The position numbers and the translations under genes are program-made. The notes beneath the pieces are model-generated. The model did not search any database. It saw only the letters and a list, made by a program, of their open reading frames with translations, and had not been told where the DNA came from. Shown piece after piece: positions 24,101 to 29,271 of a DNA stretch of 29,271 nt. Within the stretch, counting starts at the first letter, position 1. Each line of letters starts with the position of its first letter. Source of the stretch: Candidatus Eiseniibacteriota bacterium. Its GTDB lineage: Bacteria; Eisenbacteria; RBG-16-71-46. The DNA lies in the NCBI GenBank assembly GCA_044222045.1, contig JBGAOB010000021.1, positions 1 to 29,271 on the forward strand, read 5' to 3'.

Positions 24101-24500
24101 TCTCCTCCCACTCGCGCGTGTAGCGGAACACGCTGTCGATGCACTGGCGCACGAACTTCTCCACGCCGTAGCGCTCGATCTCCTCCTTGGTGTGGATGCC
24201 GAGCTGCTTGCACACCTCGACTTCCACCGGCAGGCCGTGCGTGTCCCATCCGGCCTTTCGCTCCACGCGCTCGCCGCGCATGGTGCGGTAGCGCGGGAAC
24301 AGGTCCTTCATCGCGCGCGTCAGGGCGTGGCCCGGGTGCGGCATGCCGTTCGCGGTGGGCGGCCCCTCGTAGAACACGAAGCGCGGCGCGCCTTCGCGGC
24401 GGCGCAGCGACTCGCCGAACACGTCGTTGCGGTTCCAGAACTCGCGGACGCGCTTCTCGGCGGTGGGGAAGTCGAAATCGGGGGGCAGGGGTTCGAACAT
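21108..24500 (-). CDS. ileS: Isoleucyl-tRNA synthetase, eukaryote-like type 2 form (1130 aa).
   Basis: Track ORF 21108..24863(-), trimmed to MFEPLPPDFDFP at 24500 (GGGAG upstream). It carries a HIGH-region variant PPTANGMPHPGH (the type-2 pattern, versus PPYANG.IHIGH in type 1) and KMSKRLKNY (KMSKS). The editing and anticodon-binding regions are collinear with IleRS. Confidence 0.93.
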   Translation of the reverse strand: MFEPLPPDFDFPTAEKRVREFWNRNDVFGESLRRREGAPRFVFYEGPPTANGMPHPGHALTRAMKDLFPRYRTMRGERVERKAGWDTHGLPVEVEVCKQLGIHTKEEIERYGVEKFVRQCIDSVFRYTREWEEMTSRLGFWLNMEDAYVTYHQSYVESVWWSLKTLYEKGLLYQGHKVVWWWAQGGTALSAGEVGEGYRTVDDPSVYVKFPLLDPPAAPAGSPAAKRTSLLVWTTTPWTLVSNHFAAVHPELEYALVHDAHDGENLYVAAALVDTLAKKSKRELTVLGTCAGRALLGLAYQPPFDTYSARTALLPAFEQGLPLARRTAKLKDGGEATIGWRVLPADFVTIESGTGLVHEAPAFGEVDFNLLQKERERFADPDAVPLLCAVKPDGTFSDDAPEAWRGRWIKECDKEITRELKESGLLWMQDQVRHEYPFCPRAENDPLIQYARRSWFVRTSQFKDEFLANNARMQWLPEHIQEGRFGDFLRNNVDWALSRERYWGTPLPIWVCEKTGRMEAIGSFAELTAKPGANDGGCWAAKKAADPSLPEHLRVHKPYIDEWTYDSPFEAGARMRRVPEVIDVWWDAGSMPFAQWGYPHVPGSAEQLNTHFPADFISEAIDQTRGWFYALLAINNMLFGAPSAAGEKTRREYPLPFRTCIVLGHMMGEDGLKMSKRLKNYKEPGYIFDQYGADAMRWYFYSAQAPWTTARFQEANIRDAHREFLMRLTNVFSFFVIYANLDGFEPGANVRAPGERAELDRWIRSELHRTVRDVRASLDRFENYPAARRLNDFVDALSNWWVRRSRPRFWMHDKSQDKWDAYETLYECLLTLSKLVAPFTPHFAETMYQTLTGAGYRGESKPGVPPSVHLCDYPLADESSIDEALADVMDQVRDLVSAGRAARTAAKLKVRQPLAKAEIIVPRAGAIARLQEHADLVLEELNLKAVEFTTEGEKYVTYSVKPDFKALGPKLGKLLPKVGNALTAMDPAEVRRTLADRGSIEVTAEGQAVSLTTDEVQVRLEAKPGWSAAPGRAGVVVVSTELTPALIEEGQIRELIHFVQAERKEQDLPYEARITLSLEAPAEFLDVVKRFEGTLRTECLVDAFAYGPAAGAKALEVEGHAVKMSVVAKP

Positions 24501-24784
24501 CGCGACGGCTCCCGCGGGGCGCGGCCCCGTGTGGACGTGGGCGGCAGGTGGGTGTGAGCCGGGGGAATCTAGCGTGTCGCGTTCCCGCCCCGCCAGCCGC
24601 GCCCGGGCTGTCGGGGCCGCGCCGGCAGACGCTTCCGCGTTCGTCCGAGTCCGGGTGCGTGTCCCGGCGATGCTGCGCCCGACGCCGAACGAGCGTCGCC
24701 ACCCCGAACCGCGCGCCCCGCGGCGTCGCGCGAACGCCGCGCCGGCCGCCCCGGGATCGCCGAACGACGTGCGGCGAATGCGAT

Positions 24785-24799
24785 GTCCGAATCCGTCCG
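24785..24799 (+). promoter_or_regulatory. Copy 1 of an exact 15-bp motif GTCCGAATCCGTCCG, 116 nt upstream of the small secreted-protein gene at 24915. Candidate shared operator / promoter element.
   Basis: Exact 15-mer, identical to 25489-25503. A 15-mer recurring by chance in 29 kb is highly improbable. Confidence 0.45.
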
Positions 24800-24914
24800 C
24801 ATTTCGTCGCCGGCCGGCATTTCGACCATCGCGTGCACCCCGTAGGTTCGTGCTCGTCGACACGCCGCGAAAGCCGCAACGATCCCCGCATCATCCGTCG
24901 TCGGAGGTTTCCTC

Positions 24915-25430
24915 ATGTCGCACCGCAGCAACTCGTCCCACGTGTCCGGCCGCGCTCGCGTCCCTTCGTCCATCCCGTCGTTCCGTCGCGCCGTGCTCGC
25001 CGCGGCAGGGGTCGCACTTCTCGCACTCTCGTCGGTGCACCGGGCTGCCGCCGCCGCGCCCGCCGGGCTCGAGGGCTGGTACCCGGGTCAGCCCTACGCC
25101 CTGCTCTACTCGCCGGATCACGTCACGCGGGTCGCGGGCCGCGTCCTGGGCGTGGATCGTTTCGTGCCGCGCGAGGGCATGGCCGAGGGCGTGCGCGTTC
25201 GCGTGGCCACCGGCACCGACACGGTGTGGGTGCACCTGGGCCCGGCCGCGTACGTGGACGCGCAGCGCGTTCGGCTCGCCGCGGGCGACGCCGTGCGCGT
25301 GACGGGATCGGCCGCGCACGACGGCGACCAGGCCGTGGTGCTGGCCACGCGCGTGGATCGCGACGGGCGGACGCTGCGCCTGCGCGAGCAGGACGGCACG
25401 CCCGCGTGGCTCGACTTCCGCCCGCGATGA
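24915..25430 (+). CDS. Small secreted protein (171 aa) with a signal peptide and a C-terminal small beta-barrel / OB-fold-like region. Function unknown.
   Basis: Track ORF 24915..25430(+). It has a GGAGG SD (tcGGAGGtttcctcATG) and high GC3. The signal peptide is RRAVLAAAGVALLALSSVHRAAAAAP, followed by VRVRVATGTDTVWVHLGPAAYVDAQRVRLAAGDAVRVTG...LRLREQDGTPAWLD, which has an alternating beta-strand pattern. Confidence 0.6.
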   Translation: MSHRSNSSHVSGRARVPSSIPSFRRAVLAAAGVALLALSSVHRAAAAAPAGLEGWYPGQPYALLYSPDHVTRVAGRVLGVDRFVPREGMAEGVRVRVATGTDTVWVHLGPAAYVDAQRVRLAAGDAVRVTGSAAHDGDQAVVLATRVDRDGRTLRLREQDGTPAWLDFRPR

Positions 25431-25488
25431 GCGCTCGGGGCCCGGGCGGCCATTCGCGCCGGGGCCCGGAACCGCGGTCCGGCAGTTC

Positions 25489-25503
25489 GTCCGAATCCGT
25501 CCG
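25489..25503 (+). promoter_or_regulatory. Copy 2 of the exact 15-bp motif GTCCGAATCCGTCCG, 58 nt upstream of the GlxA-family regulator gene.
   Basis: Exact match to 24785-24799. Confidence 0.45.
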
Positions 25504-25560
25504 TCGCGCGCGGCATCCATCCGAGGTCGATTCCCCCGTCGCCTCGTCCGGAGCGTCCCC

Positions 25561-26607
25561 ATGAAGAAGCCCGTGTCCACCGCCCGCGCGCCTCGCCCGG
25601 CGAAGGGTCCGCCAGTCCCGCGCATCGTGCCCGTGCTGGCCGTGATGCCCTCGAACACCGCGCTGCTCGACATGGCGGGCCCGATCGACGTGCTGCGCTC
25701 CGCGAACGAGCTGCAGGCCGACGTGCGCTTCGACGTGCGCTGCGTGGGGCCGACACGCGACGTGATGACCTCGGTTGGCCTGCGCCTGCACGGCGTGCAG
25801 CCGCTTCCGCCGGTGGTGCCGGACGGCGCGATCCTGCTGGTGATGGCGTCCATGGGCGGTCCGCCGCTGGGGCCGAAGCTGCCCGGTCCCTGGAATCCCA
25901 CCGAAGGCGACGAAGTCATCGTGCACTGGCTGCGATCGGTGTTCCGCCCCGGGCACAAGCTGGTCACCGTGTGCACCGGCGCGCTGCTCGCCGCGCGCGC
26001 GGGGTTGCTCGACGGCCACGCGTGCACCACCTACTACGAAGGCTGCGCCGAATTGGCGGCGATCGCCCCGCGGGCGCGCGTGCTGGAGAACCGCATCTTC
26101 GTCGAGGACCGTGACCGCTACACGAGCGCCGGCGTCACCGCGGGCATCGACCTGATCCTGCACCTGGTGGGGCAGTACACGGATTCCGCCACGGTCGTGA
26201 AGGCCGCACGCGCACTGGTGATGTACCAGCGTCGCACCGGCTGCGACCCGCAGCTCTCGCCGTGGACCGACGGCCGCAATCACCTGCACCCCGCGGTGCA
26301 CCGCGTGCAGGACGCGATCACCGCCGATCCCGCGCGCGCGTGGTCGCTCGATGCGCTGGCCCGCGTCGCCGGCACGAGCAGCCGGCACCTGGCGAGGCTC
26401 TTCCGCGAGCAGGTGGGCAGCAGCGTGACCGACTACCGCAACCGGCTGCGGGTGGCGGTCGCGCGCGAACTGCTCGGCCAGACGCAGCTCGACATGGAGC
26501 GCATCGCCGAGCGTGCCGGCTTCGGTTCCACGCGGCACCTGCGGCGGGCGTGGCGCGCGCTGTACGACGGCGCGCCGAGCGACCTGAGACGCACCGCGCG
26601 CGGCTGA
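25561..26607 (+). CDS. GlxA-family transcriptional regulator, with an N-terminal DJ-1/PfpI (class I glutamine amidotransferase-like) domain and a C-terminal AraC-type HTH (348 aa).
   Basis: Track ORF 25561..26607(+). The DJ-1 nucleophile-elbow region is KLVTVCTGALLAARAGLLDGH, and the AraC HTH region is WSLDALARVAGTSSRHLARLFREQVGSSVTDYRNRLRVAVARELL...ERIAERAGFGSTRHLRRAWR. Confidence 0.85.
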   Translation: MKKPVSTARAPRPAKGPPVPRIVPVLAVMPSNTALLDMAGPIDVLRSANELQADVRFDVRCVGPTRDVMTSVGLRLHGVQPLPPVVPDGAILLVMASMGGPPLGPKLPGPWNPTEGDEVIVHWLRSVFRPGHKLVTVCTGALLAARAGLLDGHACTTYYEGCAELAAIAPRARVLENRIFVEDRDRYTSAGVTAGIDLILHLVGQYTDSATVVKAARALVMYQRRTGCDPQLSPWTDGRNHLHPAVHRVQDAITADPARAWSLDALARVAGTSSRHLARLFREQVGSSVTDYRNRLRVAVARELLGQTQLDMERIAERAGFGSTRHLRRAWRALYDGAPSDLRRTARG

Positions 26608-26979
26608 GGCCGCGAAGGCATTCCGGCACCCCGCAGCGGCCGCCGGCGCCCGTGCGACGTGGGGCCACTTCGCGACGGGGCCGCCGTCCCGGGAACGGGC
26701 CGCGCCGGGCTGCCGCGCGGTTGGCCCAAGCGCCGTGCCCGGATAGCCGCGGTTCGGCGGTGGCGAACGGGTCCAGGCGGGCGCGCGGGCGGCCGCGGTG
26801 CAACGTCCGCGTCGAGGTTGGCGTACTCTGCGCGCGGCCGAACTTCCGGGGAAGCGCCCCATCACGCACGGGGCCCGCCTGACGCGAGGCGAGAGGGTCG
26901 GACCTTCAGCGATCGCCCCGGAGGCTCTCGAGACCGTGGACGGCCCCATCGCCGCGGGGCCGCGTCGGAGGTCTGAACG

Positions 26980-27063
26980 ATGCTGGTCTGCACCGTCATG
27001 CGCCCGGCCCGCTTCTCCTCACCCGTGTCACCGGCCCGCGCGCCGGAGCGCCGCCCGATTTAG
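26980..27063 (+). other. Mini-ORF (27 codons, MLVCTVMRPARFSSPVSPARAPERRPI) with a strong SD (GGAGGtctgaacgATG) inside the 600-bp non-coding gap upstream of the flotillin gene. Possible leader peptide, but it may be fortuitous.
   Basis: ATG at 26980 and TAG at 27061-27063. GGAGG lies 8 nt upstream. Confidence 0.2.
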
Positions 27064-27096
27064 AAGACACGCCGGGCGAACGTCCCCCCGCCGCGT

Positions 27097-27117
27097 GCGG
27101 ATCCCGGACGGATCCGC
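27097..27117 (+). other. Hairpin GCGGATCC-cggac-GGATCCGC (8-bp perfect stem) between the mini-ORF and the flotillin start, followed by GTTCCCTTCC. Candidate attenuator / terminator-like structure.
   Basis: Perfect inverted repeat read in the sequence, ~97 nt upstream of the flotillin ATG. Confidence 0.3.
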
Positions 27118-27213
27118 GTTCCCTTCCACGCCGACTTCCGAAACGTCCTGCCGTGCGCCACACGTGCGTCCGCACGCCTTGCCGCGCCGGCTTCTCGCGA
27201 GAGGTGCGTCCGA

Positions 27214-29271
27214 ATGGCCCTGGTCACCTGGATTCTGAGTCACGCGTTGCTTTCGATTCCCATCATCCTCGTCGCCTGGTTCCTGCTGCTCGGCTTGCGG
27301 TTCATTCCCAACAACAAGGTGGGCATCGTCGAGAAGCGCTGGAGCGGCAAGGGTTCGCTCCACTCCGGCATCATCGCCCTGAAGGGCGAGGCCGGCTTCC
27401 AGCCCGCGGTGCTGCGCGGCGGCCTGCACTTCCTGATGCCGTTCCAGTACGTGGTGCACATCACGCCGCTCGTCACGATCACGCAGGGGCGGATCGGCTA
27501 CGTGTTCTCGCGCGACGGCGAACCGCTGCTGCCGTCGCAGACGCTGGCGTCCAACGTGAAGGCGAGCGACTTCCAGGACGTCGCCGCGTTCCTGCAGGCC
27601 GGCGGCCAGAAGGGCCCGCAGCGCAAGGTGCTGCGCGAGGGCACGTACGCCGTGAACCTGGCGCAGTTCGTGGTGATCACCGAGGAGCGGGTGTTCTACC
27701 TGCCGCTCGACAAGTCCGAGGACGCCACGTTCCACGGCATGGCGCAGGTGATCCGTGACCGCGGCGGCTTCGCGCCCGTGGTCATCAAGGGCACCGACGA
27801 CGTGATCGGCATCGTCACCGTGCACGACGGCCCGTCGCTCGGCGAGGGCGAGATCATCGCGCCCACGGTGGGCGAGGATCCGGAACAGGCGGACACGTAC
27901 CACAACAGCTTCCAGGATCCGGAGAAGTACCTGAGGGCGGGCGGCCTGCGCGGCCGCCAGCTGCAGGTGCTGGTGGAGGGCACGTACTACATCAACCGCC
28001 TGTTCGCGACCGTGGAGATGGTGCCCAAGACCATCGTGGACGTGGGCAACGTGGGCGTGGTGGTGTCGTACGTCGGCGCGATCGGCAAGGATCTGTCGGG
28101 CGCCGAGTACAAGCACGGCGAGCTCGTGACGCGCGGCGAACGCGGCGTGTGGAGCGAGGCGCTGCTGCCGGGCAAGTACGCGTTCAACACCTACGCCGGC
28201 AAGGTGTTCATGGTGCCGACCACGAACTTCATTCTGAAGTGGAACAAGTCCGAGACCGGCGCGCACAAGTACGACGAGAACCTGTCCGAGGTCGCGCTGA
28301 TCACCAAGGACGCCTTCGAGCCCAGCCTGCCGCTGTCGGTGGTGGTGCACATCGACTACCGCAAGGCGCCGCTCGTGATCCAGCGCTTCGGTGACATCAA
28401 GCGGCTGGTGGAGCAGACGCTCGACCCGATGGTGAGCGCGTACTTCAAGAACATCGGGCAGACGCGCACGCTGATCCAGCTGATCCAGGACCGCAGCGCG
28501 ATCCAGCAGCAGTCGAGCGAGCAGATGAAGGAGAAGTTCGCGCAGTACAACCTGGAGCTGCAGGAAGTGCTCATCGGCACGCCGGGCTCGGGAGCCGTGG
28601 GCGGGCAGATCGAGCAGATCCTGACGCAGCTGCGCTCGCGCCAGATCGCCACCGAGCAGGTGGAGACGTACAACCGGCAGGAGGTGGCGGCGGTCAAGGA
28701 GCGCGAGCTGCGCGAGGCCGAGGCACGCGCGAAGCAGCAGACCGCGATCACCGAGTCGGAGCTGTCGATCACGGTGCAGGCGAACCAGGGCAAGGCCGAC
28801 CTGGCGCGTGCGCAGCAGGAGGCGACCAAGATCCAGACCATCGCCACGGCCGATGCCGAGCGCATCCGCATCCTCGGCGAGGGCGAGGCGCGCAAGATCC
28901 AGGCGCTCGCCGGCGGCGAGGCCGAACGCGCGGCGCGCGTCGGCGTGGCGCAGGCCATGGCGATCGAGGAGCAGGTGCGTGCGTACGGCGGCCCGCGGTT
29001 CCAGCTCACGCAGCAGGTGATGAACCGCTTCGCCGAGGCGATCCAGACGTCGGGCGTGGACGTCGTGCCGCGCGTGGTGGTGGGCGGCCACGGTGCGGAC
29101 GGCGGCACGCCGAGTTCGGGCAACGTGATGGAGGCGCTGCTGACGATGCTGCTGTCGGAGCGCATGGGCACCGACCTCGGCGCCCCGAGCCCGCCGCGCT
29201 GCGCCGAGGCGGAGGCCTTGCGACGGAAGATCACCGACGGCATGAAGGGCGGCGAGAAGCCGGCGAGCTGA
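27214..29271 (+). CDS. Flotillin-like SPFH/band-7 family membrane protein (YqiK/FloT-like, 685 aa). It has an N-terminal membrane anchor, an SPFH domain, and a long Ala/Glu/Gln-rich coiled-coil 'flotillin' region.
   Basis: Track ORF 27214..29271(+). The SD is GAGGTGcgtccgaATG. The anchor is MALVTWILSHALLSIPIILVAWFLLLGL, followed by VGIVEKRWSG... (SPFH start). EA-repeat coiled-coil segments are AEARAKQQTAITESELSITVQANQGKADLARAQQEATKIQTIATADAERIRILGEGEARKIQALAGGEAERAARVG. The stop is the last codon of the window. The opposite-strand ORF 27028..29091 is a shadow. Confidence 0.8.
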   Translation: MALVTWILSHALLSIPIILVAWFLLLGLRFIPNNKVGIVEKRWSGKGSLHSGIIALKGEAGFQPAVLRGGLHFLMPFQYVVHITPLVTITQGRIGYVFSRDGEPLLPSQTLASNVKASDFQDVAAFLQAGGQKGPQRKVLREGTYAVNLAQFVVITEERVFYLPLDKSEDATFHGMAQVIRDRGGFAPVVIKGTDDVIGIVTVHDGPSLGEGEIIAPTVGEDPEQADTYHNSFQDPEKYLRAGGLRGRQLQVLVEGTYYINRLFATVEMVPKTIVDVGNVGVVVSYVGAIGKDLSGAEYKHGELVTRGERGVWSEALLPGKYAFNTYAGKVFMVPTTNFILKWNKSETGAHKYDENLSEVALITKDAFEPSLPLSVVVHIDYRKAPLVIQRFGDIKRLVEQTLDPMVSAYFKNIGQTRTLIQLIQDRSAIQQQSSEQMKEKFAQYNLELQEVLIGTPGSGAVGGQIEQILTQLRSRQIATEQVETYNRQEVAAVKERELREAEARAKQQTAITESELSITVQANQGKADLARAQQEATKIQTIATADAERIRILGEGEARKIQALAGGEAERAARVGVAQAMAIEEQVRAYGGPRFQLTQQVMNRFAEAIQTSGVDVVPRVVVGGHGADGGTPSSGNVMEALLTMLLSERMGTDLGAPSPPRCAEAEALRRKITDGMKGGEKPAS

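Noticed and set aside
24569-24973. 134-aa minus-strand ORF in the ileS upstream region, overlapping the start of the 24915 gene.
   Set aside because: It is Arg/Ala-rich with no SD. It overlaps a well-supported plus-strand gene and the ileS 5' region, so it is not credible as a gene.

Overview
This window is high-GC (~70%) bacterial chromosomal DNA that is densely coding on both strands. The high GC also produces many long antisense shadow ORFs, which I have discounted. Reading the ORF translations directly, I recognise the following confident housekeeping and metabolic genes:
- methylmalonate-semialdehyde dehydrogenase (mmsA-like, minus strand)
- an OPT-family oligopeptide transporter
- a POT/PTR2-family di/tripeptide:H+ symporter
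- peptidase T (pepT, M20 family)
- a secreted alpha/beta-hydrolase 'putative esterase' with a GxSxG nucleophile
- a eukaryote-like (type 2) isoleucyl-tRNA synthetase
- a GlxA-type (DJ-1/PfpI + AraC HTH) regulator
- a flotillin/SPFH (band 7) membrane protein that ends exactly at the window edge

The accessory-looking content is three large secreted cargo proteins. All three end in the same ~80-aa C-terminal sorting domain, which matches the T9SS Por_Secre_tail / FlgD-Ig-like consensus PNPF...vYD..GR.V..L......aG.h...W.GrD..G......G.Y..r........K....R. They are:
- a 1481-aa modular HEXXH zinc-metalloprotease-like protein with FN3 and CARDB-like modules
- a BNR/Asp-box beta-propeller protein
- a protein built from four tandem PPC (pre-peptidase C-terminal)-like repeats, two of which are nearly identical at the DNA level

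The most interesting locus is a three-gene minus-strand unit (5491..11003). It encodes a small secreted protein that is a standalone paralog of the giant protease's N-terminal beta-sandwich domain, then a small secreted helical (Spy/CpxP-like?) protein, then the giant protease itself. I propose this as a candidate inhibitor/chaperone-plus-protease module for a T9SS cargo.

Other points worth a second look:
- an orphan P-loop kinase-like protein whose motifs resemble the 6-phosphofructo-2-kinase nucleotide-binding domain, preceded by a tiny membrane ORF
- a 90-bp tandem duplication of the 3' end and terminator of the BNR gene
- an exact 15-bp motif shared by the upstream regions of two adjacent genes
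- a tandem 21-bp direct repeat in the divergent POT/pepT promoter region
- a 600-bp non-coding gap with a Shine-Dalgarno-preceded mini-ORF and a hairpin upstream of the flotillin gene

I saw no rRNA, tRNA, CRISPR array, transposase or integrase. All calls come from reading the translations and the DNA by eye. No database search was possible, so family assignments rest on recognisable motifs and are given with graded confidence.
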